From Bacilli bacterium (lineage in GTDB: Bacteria; Bacillota_I; Bacilli_A; RF39; UBA660): DNA of 64,000 bases. The stretch covers positions 719 through 64,718 of the forward strand of contig JAFYER010000012.1 of assembly GCA_017544165.1 (NCBI GenBank), written 5' to 3'. The stretch's first letter is position 1; every line of letters starts with the position of its first letter. The notes under the pieces are model-generated. The model worked only from the letters and a program-made list of their open reading frames with translations, ran no database searches and was not told the DNA's origin. This document shows, one piece after another, positions 17,289-27,267 of this stretch. Made by a program: the position numbers and the translations under genes.

Positions 17289-19019
17289 TTACTCCTCATC
17301 TGCTCCTGTATCTTCTTTTAGTTTATTAAAATCTACTTTGCCAAGTTTAGTTTTAGGTAATCTTTTTCTTATGACAATTTCATTTGGAACCATATATTTC
17401 GCTAAATGCTTTTTACAATACATTTTAATTTCATTTTTAATAAATAATCCTTTATAACCTTCTTTTAAAACAACAAATGCTTTAGGAACTTCTTGTTTGT
17501 ATGGATGAGGTACACCTACTACACTGCATTGAAATACGGCAGGATGTGATTCGATAACCTCTTCGATATGCGATGGATAAACATTATATCCACTTGTAAT
17601 AATCATTCTTTTGATACGACCTTTATAAAAGATAAAGCCATCTTCATCCATATAGCCAAGGTCGCCAGTATGAAGCCATACATGACCATCATCATGAACT
17701 TGCAGAGCATCATTAGTTTCACTTTCATTATTTAAATAACCCATCATTAAGGCTTTACTATGAACAACGATTTCTCCCGTATCACCATATTTAACGGTTT
17801 TACGTGTCGCAGGGTCAATTATTTTAACGTAATTACCCGCAAGTGGTATTCCAACTGAACCTGGCTTATTGACATGGTCATGTGCCATTGTTACACAAGC
17901 AAGAGCCTCAGATAAACCATAACCTTGGGTAATTCTCGCATCAGAATTATGATCTTCAAAATATTTATTAATTTTATTTTCTAACTGAATCGGTAATAAA
18001 TCTCCTCCGCTTATAACATATTTCAAAAATGATAAATCTAAGTGTTTTTCATTGGTGCTATTAGACAAAGCCTCGAATAAAGTTGGCACACCAAGTACGC
18101 AAGTTGGTCTTGTTTTTTTAAAAAGAGTATCAAATTTTTTAGCGTCAAATTTAGGAACTAAAATAGTGCTACAACCTAGTGCTAGTGGAGTATGCATAAG
18201 TACTGATAAACCAAAGCCATGGAAATTAGGCATTATAGCAAGTGCTGAATCACCTGGTGTAAGTCTTATTAAATCAATTTCTTCGCCTTTAGCAGCAAAA
18301 ATAAAGGCTCTATTTTGAATAACAACATTTTTGGGAGTTCCTGATGTTCCACCTGAATGCAATATAACAGCAGGAGTATTTCTTCCATATTTATGTCGTT
18401 CAAATTCCGGTGAGAATTTAGCAAATCTCATAAATTTTCGCCAATTTATATATAATTCATCTTTAGGATGATGTTCAAACTTTTTAAGTTGCGAAAAGTT
18501 ATATAATGACCTTTTTATTAAACCAAGTGAATCACCAGGACTTACAAAAATAACTTTTTGAATACAAGTAGACTTTACAAAGCTTTTAATTTTATCATAT
18601 TGAGCATCATAAATAACTAAATACTTGCTTTGCGTCGATAAAATTGTTTCCTTTATCTCTTCCTCGGCTGAAAGCGGATGTGTCATATTTGCAATTGCTC
18701 CAAGCTTATTTAGAGCATATAAAGAAATTAGTGCTTCAGGGACATTAGGAAGCATTATTGTAACTATATCACCTTTGGTAATACCATAAGCATTAAATCC
18801 CTTAGCGCAGTCATCAATTTTTTTTAATAAATAAGTATAATCAAATTTTCTCCCCATATAAGAAATAGCAACATTATGGGGATATTTTTCTTTGGAAGCT
18901 TTTACTTGATCAAAAATTGTTATATCGGGAATTTTATATTTTAAATCTTGCTCAGTGTAATATTTAGCCCAAGGGGCTGCAAGTTTCTTTTTTTTGTAAA
19001 AAATACTAAATATACTCAT
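17289..19019 (-). CDS. AMP-dependent acyl-CoA/acyl-ACP synthetase (long-chain fatty-acid ligase-like)
   Basis: AMP-binding motifs LHSGGTSGTPK, YGLSE and TGDLGYMDEDGFIFYKGR. Confidence 0.85.
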   Translation of the reverse strand: MSIFSIFYKKKKLAAPWAKYYTEQDLKYKIPDITIFDQVKASKEKYPHNVAISYMGRKFDYTYLLKKIDDCAKGFNAYGITKGDIVTIMLPNVPEALISLYALNKLGAIANMTHPLSAEEEIKETILSTQSKYLVIYDAQYDKIKSFVKSTCIQKVIFVSPGDSLGLIKRSLYNFSQLKKFEHHPKDELYINWRKFMRFAKFSPEFERHKYGRNTPAVILHSGGTSGTPKNVVIQNRAFIFAAKGEEIDLIRLTPGDSALAIMPNFHGFGLSVLMHTPLALGCSTILVPKFDAKKFDTLFKKTRPTCVLGVPTLFEALSNSTNEKHLDLSFLKYVISGGDLLPIQLENKINKYFEDHNSDARITQGYGLSEALACVTMAHDHVNKPGSVGIPLAGNYVKIIDPATRKTVKYGDTGEIVVHSKALMMGYLNNESETNDALQVHDDGHVWLHTGDLGYMDEDGFIFYKGRIKRMIITSGYNVYPSHIEEVIESHPAVFQCSVVGVPHPYKQEVPKAFVVLKEGYKGLFIKNEIKMYCKKHLAKYMVPNEIVIRKRLPKTKLGKVDFNKLKEDTGADEE

Positions 19020-19021
19020 TT

Positions 19022-19609
19022 TTATAACTCCTTTCTAAGTTTACTGACAATTTCTTTTAAATGGTCATTTTCAACTTCTAAATCACCTTTAACTATTATA
19101 GGCTTACCATATTTAATTTTTACGCTTTTACCAAATAATTTATATTTGCCCTTGATAGCAAACGGAACAATCGTAGTTTTTGTATCTTTTGCCATTTTAA
19201 CTGCTCCGATTTTAAAAGGAAGCATTACTTCATATTTCTTCTCAGTGGTGCCTTCGGGGAAAATTCCTATTAAACATTCATTATTTAGATATTCTTCAGC
19301 AAATTTCAACGCATTTGAGTCTTTTTGTCTACGATTTACAGGAATAAGCCCCATATTACCAAAAATAAATTTTCCAAAACCACGCCATAGTTCATCTTTA
19401 GCTAAAAAATGGATTGGCCTTTTTGTAGAACTACCAAGTAAAAAACAGTCAAAATTGCTTGTATGAGTACCAGCTAAAATAACTCTACCTTTTTTGGGAA
19501 TATTTTCCCTTCCATAAAACTTTGGATGAAAAAATAATCTAAATAAAAAACAAAATAATGGTCTAAAAAAACAATATATAAAAGTTTTGTCTTTAATTTT
19601 TTTCTTCAT
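19022..19609 (-). CDS. 1-acyl-sn-glycerol-3-phosphate (lysophospholipid) acyltransferase
   Basis: HxxxxD motif AGTHTSNFD and a FPEGT motif. Separated by 2 nt from the downstream ligase gene. Confidence 0.8.
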   Translation of the reverse strand: MKKKIKDKTFIYCFFRPLFCFLFRLFFHPKFYGRENIPKKGRVILAGTHTSNFDCFLLGSSTKRPIHFLAKDELWRGFGKFIFGNMGLIPVNRRQKDSNALKFAEEYLNNECLIGIFPEGTTEKKYEVMLPFKIGAVKMAKDTKTTIVPFAIKGKYKLFGKSVKIKYGKPIIVKGDLEVENDHLKEIVSKLRKEL

Positions 19610-19650
19610 AAAAACTCCAACTAAATTATATAATAATTCCCCCCAAATTA

Positions 19651-20505
19651 CTATACAATATCCAAATATTCTTTTAAATCATTAATTATTTTATTAGTAT
19701 CTTCAACGCCCATATCATAAAAACTTTGTAATTTTTCCGTATCTCTTTCAATTAATTGAGTCCATATTTTTTTATGAGGTCTAATGACAAATATTTCTTT
19801 CTTATTTTCCATGTCTATTATTTTTTCTACCACTTGATTATATCTTTTTGGCCAACTGTCAATAGCTTTTAAAAAGTTTTTGTAACGTTGATACTTAAAA
19901 CGTATCATTTTAAGTTTTTTCGGAGCCATTTGTTTTTTACGATATTTTATTGGCTGAGTAAGGATAACGATTAGTTTATCATAACCTTTCTTTTTCATAA
20001 AATTAATTGGAAGAGCATCAGAAAAAGCCCCATCCATATATTTATTGCCATCAACCTTAATAATGCGTGATGATAATGGAAGTGCTGAAGTCGCTCTTAG
20101 TTTTTCGATATCTTTAAAAGCATCTTTTATTTCAAGATATGTTGGTTTACCGGTTTTAATATTGGTCGCTACAGCCCAAAATGGTTTATTTACCCTTTTA
20201 AATGTTTCATTATCAAACGGATCATATATTTTTTGAACTTTATAATAAGCAAAACGTTTGCTGACAGCATTACCGGTTAATACTAAATTTCTTAGACTTA
20301 TATATCTTTTATCTTTAGCATACCTTTTGCTGTATCTAATCACTCTTCCTTTTTGATTTGAATAAAGGTTTGCTCCGAAAAGTGCTCCGGCCGAAACACC
20401 AACGATCCCATCAACCATAATGTTATTTTCCATTAAAACATCTAGAGCACCCGCCGTAAACATGCCGCGCATGCCACCGCCCTCTAAAACAAGACCAACT
20501 TTCAT
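19651..20505 (-). CDS. patatin-like phospholipase
   Basis: Oxyanion motif GGGMRG, nucleophile GVSAGA and a downstream DGAF Asp. The start was set at MKVGLVLEGGG, which follows the RBS GGGTGA. Confidence 0.85.
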   Translation of the reverse strand: MKVGLVLEGGGMRGMFTAGALDVLMENNIMVDGIVGVSAGALFGANLYSNQKGRVIRYSKRYAKDKRYISLRNLVLTGNAVSKRFAYYKVQKIYDPFDNETFKRVNKPFWAVATNIKTGKPTYLEIKDAFKDIEKLRATSALPLSSRIIKVDGNKYMDGAFSDALPINFMKKKGYDKLIVILTQPIKYRKKQMAPKKLKMIRFKYQRYKNFLKAIDSWPKRYNQVVEKIIDMENKKEIFVIRPHKKIWTQLIERDTEKLQSFYDMGVEDTNKIINDLKEYLDIV

Positions 20506-20539
20506 ATAATCACCCAACAAATATTATTATACTACATTT

Positions 20540-21991
20540 TTATAGTTTTCTAACTCTTTTAACTGGTTCTAAGTCTTTATCTATTAACAAATCATCAAGC
20601 ATTTTATATTGCATACTTAATTTTAAAAGTGGCCTTACTATATAATAGTCTTTGTCATACGCAAAACTGCGAGAATCTACTTTTAATCCCTCGCCAGGAA
20701 CTGCTACCATCTTTCTATTTGTGCAAGTTGTATACGCCAAAGGATGAATACTTGGATCAATAAATGCAACTCGATCATGAACACGATTGCTACCTAAAAA
20801 AAGGTATACTCCATTAACAGGATCGACTGTAAATTGGGTTCCAGTATAACCCGCATAAGCAAAAGATTTGCCACTTAATGCATGATATACTTCTGATTCT
20901 TTTAAGATTGGATTTTTTAAATAGCATAAGTAGCCAAAATATTGATGAGTTTTTTTAATGTCATTTTCATAATAAATACTTCCCGTTTGATTTCTAGTAA
21001 TATTATCTATATCATCCCTTGATAAAAGGGAACCATCTATAATACTTAAAGCGAGATTTGTCATATCGCTAGCTGTCGAAAACATCCCCGCATGGCCGCA
21101 TAAATCTCCTGAAGTACTTTCCATCTTTTGCGCTTTAGGATCATTTACTTGTCCATCTTCATAAACATCTACTTTGACACTCCCATCACCTAAAAGTTGT
21201 GTACGATAATTGGTGCTTGCTACTCTATTAATATCTACTGGCCTATAAGATGTTTCCAGCATATTAGCCTTATTTAGAATATAAGTTTGGACAAAATGAT
21301 AATACGGCATACCAGTTGCTTTTTCTACAACATATTTTAAAACCATTGCACCCATATCAGTATATACACTTTTAACATATTTTTCATTGATTTTAATATC
21401 ATGTAACAAGTCAAGTGCTTCGCCCTTATCACTTGCATTTTCAATTTTTCCACTTGTTATAAGCGGCACTCTAAAAGTTATCAAATCAAAAATTGTTACA
21501 CCCTTTAAATTAGTAAATTCCGGACAATATTTAGTTATTTCATCATTTATACCTATTAATCCATTTTCTACTAATTTTACTACACTAAGTGTTATAAACA
21601 TTTTAGAAACAGATGCTAAGTCAAATATCGTATCACATTGCATTTCTTTCGGAGTAATTATAGTGCGATTATTAACTAAACTTACCTCTTTAGAGTTGCC
21701 AACCGTAATTATTTCATTATAATTACTAGTTCCATATGAAATAACGGCTCCAGGAGCCATTCCCATTTCTTTTATAAAAGTATTTAATTTTTCTTCGATT
21801 TTGGAGCGGTCATATAAAATATCTCTTAAATCCTCAATTGGTAAATAACCATGAGTAGATAATAGTGATAAAAGTTCATTGTACATTAAATGATAGTCTT
21901 TTATTGTAAAAAGGTTTTGATATTCATTATTACCTAAAAATTGGTTATTATAAACTTTATCTATATATGTTTTGATTCGTTTTTTATCCAT
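20540..21991 (-). CDS. serine hydrolase, beta-lactamase / PBP4*-like family
   Basis: SxxK motif ASVSKMF. Length 483 aa. No obvious signal peptide. Confidence 0.8.
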   Translation of the reverse strand: MDKKRIKTYIDKVYNNQFLGNNEYQNLFTIKDYHLMYNELLSLLSTHGYLPIEDLRDILYDRSKIEEKLNTFIKEMGMAPGAVISYGTSNYNEIITVGNSKEVSLVNNRTIITPKEMQCDTIFDLASVSKMFITLSVVKLVENGLIGINDEITKYCPEFTNLKGVTIFDLITFRVPLITSGKIENASDKGEALDLLHDIKINEKYVKSVYTDMGAMVLKYVVEKATGMPYYHFVQTYILNKANMLETSYRPVDINRVASTNYRTQLLGDGSVKVDVYEDGQVNDPKAQKMESTSGDLCGHAGMFSTASDMTNLALSIIDGSLLSRDDIDNITRNQTGSIYYENDIKKTHQYFGYLCYLKNPILKESEVYHALSGKSFAYAGYTGTQFTVDPVNGVYLFLGSNRVHDRVAFIDPSIHPLAYTTCTNRKMVAVPGEGLKVDSRSFAYDKDYYIVRPLLKLSMQYKMLDDLLIDKDLEPVKRVRKL

Positions 21992-22102
21992 AGAAAACCC
22001 CTCGAGCTATATATTATACACTTTTTTTGAAAAAATTCAAATCCATCTATTTTGACATTTTCAATATTTATGTTATAATACATAACCAATCAAGGGGTTA
22101 TT

Positions 22103-22894
22103 ATGGAAAAAAAAGATATTTTAAAGGATTATTTAGTTAGTAGACTCGTTACTCAAAATAAAGTTGTCGACGGCTATGGAAAAGTATATTATAAGGTAAA
22201 CGAAGATTTAATTGATACTTGTTTAGATGTCGATTTTTATCAAAAAGATGTTTTAGCAGTCTTATCTTCGGGTGATCATGTACTGACATCTCGTTTTTTA
22301 GAGGCAAAAAATGTCGATGCATTTGACAGTAACAAATTAACTATTTATTATTTTTATTTGAGATTATGGACGATTAAATATAGAAATCAGCTATATCCAA
22401 ATGTTTTTGAAGGAAATACATGGCTTGCAAGGTTACTTAGAAAAGTTAATCCTCAAAATAATAATGAATTATGTGCGTTATTATTCTTCAAAAAACACCT
22501 AGAGGGTAATACTCATTTGGATAATCTATTTTATCAAATAGATGCTCAACCTCAAGGAAAGACTTTATTTACTACTGCTGATGAACTGCAAGATTGTTTA
22601 AGCCCTGAATTAGATTTTTACCACGTTGATTTATTTTCACCACTAAAAGCTAAAAAAACTTATGATGTTATTTTAATATCTAACATATTAGACTGGGCTA
22701 AAAATGATCCGTCTCGCTTAGAAAGCGTTAAAGATAATTTAACAAGACTATTAAATGATGAAGGAACTGTTATTTGTAGTAGCCTAGTTCGAAATGAGGA
22801 AAGAAGTTTTGCTCAAGAAAGAGAAATATTTGCTGGTGACTTCGAGTTTGATGGTGGTTTGCAAGGATATACCTATACCAGAAAAAAGCATTAA
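22103..22894 (+). CDS. hypothetical protein, possibly DUF3419 / BtaA-like SAM-binding fold
   Basis: DVLAVLSSGDHVLTSRFL...VDAFDSNKLTIYYFYLRLWTIKY...YDVILISNILDW. Paralogous to 25479..26411. The family assignment is from memory only. Confidence 0.45.
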   Translation: MEKKDILKDYLVSRLVTQNKVVDGYGKVYYKVNEDLIDTCLDVDFYQKDVLAVLSSGDHVLTSRFLEAKNVDAFDSNKLTIYYFYLRLWTIKYRNQLYPNVFEGNTWLARLLRKVNPQNNNELCALLFFKKHLEGNTHLDNLFYQIDAQPQGKTLFTTADELQDCLSPELDFYHVDLFSPLKAKKTYDVILISNILDWAKNDPSRLESVKDNLTRLLNDEGTVICSSLVRNEERSFAQEREIFAGDFEFDGGLQGYTYTRKKH

Positions 22895-22922
22895 AAAAGC
22901 TGTGATTATTCACAGTCTTTTT

Positions 22923-23690
22923 TTATACACAAGTATATCCTCCATCGATTGGTAATATGACACCTGTTACATAGGAAGCTTCATCAGAAGCAAGGAATAT
23001 AGCACCAGCATTAAGTTCACCCTCGATGCCATATCTTCCCATTGGCACTGTACCTTTCATGTATGCTTTAAATTCATCAGTATTTAATACTGCACTTGTA
23101 AGTTCAGTTTCAAAATAACCAGGGCATATTGCATTACAAGTAATATTATATTTAGCAAGTTCTGCAGCAACTGCTCTTGTAAAGTTAACTACACCACCCT
23201 TTGAAGAATGGTAAGCAATTGTTCCCATAGCAGTATTTCCTACTAGTCCGTACATTGAGGCAATATTGATAATTCTTCCATAATTATTTTTTTTCATAAT
23301 ATTACCAAATGCTCTAGTCATCTTAAAGACAGATGTTTGATCAGTAGCAATCGTAAAATCCCATTCATCATCAGTCATCTCAAGAACACCAGCATCTTTC
23401 GAAGAACCAGCACAGTTAACTAAAATATCAACTTTACCAAATTCTTTTTCAGCCATTTTTGCAGCATTTTCAATATCATCGGTTGAGGTTACATCACACT
23501 TAATAGGTAAAACTCTCACACCTTTTTCCTCTAGTTCAGTTTTTAACTCTTCAAGCCTTTCTATTCTTCTTGCCAAAATTACTAAATCAGCACCTTGACC
23601 AGCAAACCCTCTTGCCATTTGTTTACCAAGACCAGATGATGCACCAGTAATAACAGCAACTCTTCCCTTTAAATTAAACATTTCCTTCAC
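22923..23690 (-). CDS. short-chain dehydrogenase/reductase (gluconate-5-dehydrogenase-like)
   Basis: TGASSGLGK, NCAG and YHSSK (YxxxK). Confidence 0.9.
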   Translation of the reverse strand: MKEMFNLKGRVAVITGASSGLGKQMARGFAGQGADLVILARRIERLEELKTELEEKGVRVLPIKCDVTSTDDIENAAKMAEKEFGKVDILVNCAGSSKDAGVLEMTDDEWDFTIATDQTSVFKMTRAFGNIMKKNNYGRIINIASMYGLVGNTAMGTIAYHSSKGGVVNFTRAVAAELAKYNITCNAICPGYFETELTSAVLNTDEFKAYMKGTVPMGRYGIEGELNAGAIFLASDEASYVTGVILPIDGGYTCV

Positions 23691-23743
23691 CTTTACTTTC
23701 TATAACATAATTATAACATAAAAAAAGAAGATTTAAACTTCTT

Positions 23744-24571
23744 TTAATTTGAATTAAACTTTGATACTAAGTCTTTTAGCTTAGCACAGCTTTCAGAAAG
23801 ATTTTTGCTCTCATGTTCTAGCTTTTGTTTTTCATTTTGACGATATCTTTCAAATTGTTCACGAAGTTTAGCAATGCCTTCTTCTTTCTCACGAACATAT
23901 TTCAAATTATTTTGTCTTTCTCTATTTAATTGTTGCCTTTCCTTAGCTAAATGCTCTTCTTGTAAAGCAACTGTTTCACTATGAATTATTCTTTCCTTCT
24001 CAAGTTGATTTTTTTCTTTTTCAACTTGATCTTTTTCATGTTCAACAGATTCCCTTAAAATGTTTAAACGAGATTCTTCAGTGTCACGATATTTTTCAAA
24101 TTGAGCCTTTTCTTCATTGAGATTTTCTTCAGCTAGCTCGATACCATGTTCTGTAAGAGAAAGTTGGGTTCTAATCGTATCAACTTCTTTAGCATATTCT
24201 TTCTCTGCTTTTTGAAGTTTATCACGACTTTCTTTCATTTCTTCTTCAAAACGACGGCGATCTTCTTCTAAAATACGGCGTTGTTCTTCGCAATATTTTT
24301 CAAAGTCAGCTTTTTCTTGTTCAAATTTTTCTCTTTCTTCTTTTAAAGTTCTTTCTTTAGTAGATATATCCTTCTTTTGAGAAAATAAATCGCTAACAAC
24401 GCTATCTACACCTGCAACATCTTTTTGAAGTTCATTATATAATGAATCATATTCGCTTGTATCAGTTTTTTCTTCAGGTAAATCAACAGGTTCCTTTTTC
24501 TTTTCTTCCTTATTTTCTATTGGTTCTCCTAAAACATTAACATCATTTAATAAACTTGAAAGATCTGCCAT
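23744..24571 (-). CDS. Glu/Lys-rich coiled-coil protein
   Basis: Heptad-like low-complexity sequence (EEREKFEQEKADFEKYCEEQRRILEEDRRRFEEE...). The start was set at MADLSSLL, which follows the RBS AAGGTGG. Confidence 0.6.
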   Translation of the reverse strand: MADLSSLLNDVNVLGEPIENKEEKKKEPVDLPEEKTDTSEYDSLYNELQKDVAGVDSVVSDLFSQKKDISTKERTLKEEREKFEQEKADFEKYCEEQRRILEEDRRRFEEEMKESRDKLQKAEKEYAKEVDTIRTQLSLTEHGIELAEENLNEEKAQFEKYRDTEESRLNILRESVEHEKDQVEKEKNQLEKERIIHSETVALQEEHLAKERQQLNRERQNNLKYVREKEEGIAKLREQFERYRQNEKQKLEHESKNLSESCAKLKDLVSKFNSN

Positions 24572-24689
24572 CTTAACTACCACCTTTTTTATTCTATTAA
24601 TATATTAACATAAAAGTTGTTAAAAAAAAATAATAAATTTAGTTTTTTTATAAGAATTAAAAAACCAGCATAAAAGCCGGTTTTACTTA

Positions 24690-25292
24690 CTATCTATTAT
24701 AGTACTCAACAATTAGTTGTTCATTAATGTCTGGATTAAGTTCAGTTCTATCAGGAACTCTTACATATTTTCCTTCGAGTTTCTTAGCATCAAATTCCAC
24801 AAATGCTGGTGTATTTAATTTTAATTCTAATGCATCAACAATTGCTGGATGGTTCTTACTATTTTCTTTTACAGAAATAATATCACCTGGTTTGCAAGTA
24901 TATGAAGGAATATTAACTTTAATTCCATTAACTAAGATATGTCCATGATTAACAATTTGTCTTGCACTTCTTCTTGTGCGTGCCATTCCCATACGATAAA
25001 CTAAATTATCTATTCTACTTTCTAGTAAAATAAACATGTTATCACCAGCAATACCCTTCATTTTAGAAGCTCTATCAAATACTTTATGGAATTGTTTTTC
25101 CGTTAAACCATATAAAGTTCTTGCTTTTTGTTTTTCTTGTAATTGAATACCATATTCACTAAGTTTTCTCTTACGATCTTTACCATGTGCACCTGGTGCA
25201 TAAGGTCTTTTTGCAAGTTCTTTACCAGTTTCTAATGTTGAAAAGCCATATCTTCTTGCCTTTTTATAAGCTGGTCCAGTATATCTTGCCAT
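24690..25292 (-). CDS. rpsD: 30S ribosomal protein S4
   Basis: [18 protein letters not shown]...[31 protein letters not shown]. Confidence 0.95.
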   Translation of the reverse strand: MARYTGPAYKKARRYGFSTLETGKELAKRPYAPGAHGKDRKRKLSEYGIQLQEKQKARTLYGLTEKQFHKVFDRASKMKGIAGDNMFILLESRIDNLVYRMGMARTRRSARQIVNHGHILVNGIKVNIPSYTCKPGDIISVKENSKNHPAIVDALELKLNTPAFVEFDAKKLEGKYVRVPDRTELNPDINEQLIVEYYNR

Positions 25293-25472
25293 AATATCTC
25301 TCCTTTCTTTATATTACAAATAAAAGTCATGTGCTAAAAGGTATTTATAGGGAGTTTGAATAATTTCGTAAATTGGCCTTACTACTTTATTCTTGGTCAA
25401 ACACATTATAAATCCTTATAACACTGCCAATCAATTGCATAATCATTATACTATATATATTCTAATTGTCAA
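25293..25472 (-). promoter_or_regulatory. rpsD promoter plus a roughly 150-nt untranslated leader (possible S4 autoregulatory leader)
   Basis: TTGACA (25472..25467), a 16-nt spacer, then TATAAT (25450..25445). A long ORF-free leader precedes the RBS AAAGGAGAG. The regulatory role is inferred from Bacillus rpsD. Confidence 0.4.
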
Positions 25473-25478
25473 ATACAA

Positions 25479-26411
25479 TTACTTAGTTCTTACTAAAAGT
25501 ATAGCATCCCTACTATCACGGGAATTACCAAATCTATATAATTCTTCATCTTGAAATGACTTTTCAATATCTACGCATGCATTCCTAAATAAGTTTTGTA
25601 GATAAGGATAATCTAAAGCATATTTTAAAACTATTGATGCATCTTTACAGGCTAATTTTTTAACTCTTTCTTCATATTCAAGTAGTTTAGCATAATCCCA
25701 ATTACTTCCAAAAGAATCAAAAAAGTCTAAAACATTTGATAAATATATAAAATCATATGGTCCTGTAAAATGCTTATCTATCTCTTGAGCATCAGCTGTT
25801 TTAAAAGTGATATTTGCTTTTGACAAATTTTCTTTGGTTAAATTGTAATAATACTCGTTTGATAAGTATAAAACATATTCGGTTAAATAGTGAACGCTTC
25901 TATTTGCATGCGTTAAAGTTACAATAAGATTTTTTTGTTCATAACCAATTCTTTTGGATCTTAAAAATGCATCATAATCAATTAAAGATTGCCAAAAATA
26001 GCTATGACGTTTTTCCATGTAAGGAAATAATCCTTTTATTATTTCATAAAGTTCTTCATTACTCGTGGCACTAGAATATATCTTTTCCATCATATTCATA
26101 TAAGAAAAATAATCGTATTTTAAAATCATCGCCCTTTTTAAACCTAAAGCATAATATTCAGTTAAGGCATTAATGTCAAAAGTGTCGATATCATTTATTT
26201 TATAATCAAGCATACTAAAAACTTGGTCACCACTTGCTAGAATTGATAGAACCTTTTGCCTTCCATAGGCATCCCCAAAATCTAAAGCACTATTAACATT
26301 TTCATTAGTCCATGCATAAACAGGACAAAACGTATCATGTTTAGACCAAAAACTATTATTTTCTATTATATTTTTTGCACCATCGATTGCATCATGAACG
26401 TCTACAGCCAT
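25479..26411 (-). CDS. hypothetical protein, possibly DUF3419 / BtaA-like SAM-binding fold
   Basis: KVLSILASGDQVFSMLDYKINDIDTFDINALTEYYALGLKRAMILKY...YDFIYLSNVLDFF. Paralogous to 22103..22894. Confidence 0.45.
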   Translation of the reverse strand: MAVDVHDAIDGAKNIIENNSFWSKHDTFCPVYAWTNENVNSALDFGDAYGRQKVLSILASGDQVFSMLDYKINDIDTFDINALTEYYALGLKRAMILKYDYFSYMNMMEKIYSSATSNEELYEIIKGLFPYMEKRHSYFWQSLIDYDAFLRSKRIGYEQKNLIVTLTHANRSVHYLTEYVLYLSNEYYYNLTKENLSKANITFKTADAQEIDKHFTGPYDFIYLSNVLDFFDSFGSNWDYAKLLEYEERVKKLACKDASIVLKYALDYPYLQNLFRNACVDIEKSFQDEELYRFGNSRDSRDAILLVRTK

Positions 26412-26461
26412 AATTGCCCCCAATAAATTATGTCATATGCTACTATATTAACTACAGTTTG

Positions 26462-27214
26462 TCAATTAGTAACCTTTTTTGCATGTAAAACAATGCGATA
26501 ATGGTTATTAACATCACAAGTCGATAAAGTTATTATTTGATCTTCTGCTGATAATTCAACATCATATTCATAATTACTTCTTTTTTTAAGTATGTTTAAA
26601 AACTCTTCATATTCATCACTATTAGGAAAGATGTTTTTAATGTAGTAATCTTCGATTAAAATTTTATATGTAGAAAATACTTCATATTCACTTATCTCAT
26701 TTTCCGTTATAAACAAAATCTGCTTATGAGGATTATTTTTTTGCCAATTACTAGTTAGTGTTTCTTTTAGAGAACCAAACATACTTCCATCCATTCTTCC
26801 ATGACCAAACATTGAAATATTCTTATCTTCCCCATCAAATGTATTATTAAAGTTAACAAAAATCCACCCGGCGGAATTAACACTCCTATCAAAGCTATGA
26901 TTTAAATAAAAATCATTATCTGCTCCCTTAACTACTGGATAATCGATTTTAGTATTAGCCACCTTTAAATAGGCAATAACATCACTATTAATTTCTTTTA
27001 GCTTGGAAAAATTAATATTATTGTTACCTTCATTAATATTATCGATAAAAATATACTGATTAATCATTTCTTTAATATTATTATTTCTTTTATTTTCAGT
27101 AAGCCAAAATACTATTTTATATATAGAAAGTCCTAATATTATTAGAAGGACAATTGTAATTATAAATAAAATAAATTTCAATAAACCTCTTTTTACACTT
27201 TTCTTTAACTTCAT
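26462..27214 (-). CDS. srtB: class B sortase
   Basis: N-terminal TM anchor. Also YLKVANTKIDYPVVKG, FGHGRMDGSMF, and the catalytic segment TLSTC with a downstream R. Confidence 0.85.
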   Translation of the reverse strand: MKLKKSVKRGLLKFILFIITIVLLIILGLSIYKIVFWLTENKRNNNIKEMINQYIFIDNINEGNNNINFSKLKEINSDVIAYLKVANTKIDYPVVKGADNDFYLNHSFDRSVNSAGWIFVNFNNTFDGEDKNISMFGHGRMDGSMFGSLKETLTSNWQKNNPHKQILFITENEISEYEVFSTYKILIEDYYIKNIFPNSDEYEEFLNILKKRSNYEYDVELSAEDQIITLSTCDVNNHYRIVLHAKKVTN

Positions 27215-27267
27215 TTATTTTACCTCTAAATAAAAACTAGCATATTTTCATATGCTAGTCAATATTT

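Noticed and set aside
18948-19466. 172-aa plus-strand ORF. Similar antisense ORFs lie at 42702..43097, 21387..21722, 18052..18318 and within ppdK (6468..8066).
   Set aside because: All lie antisense to genes with strong family motifs. They lack an RBS and have Leu/Ser/Phe/Ile-rich translations expected from the reverse frames of AT-rich coding DNA.
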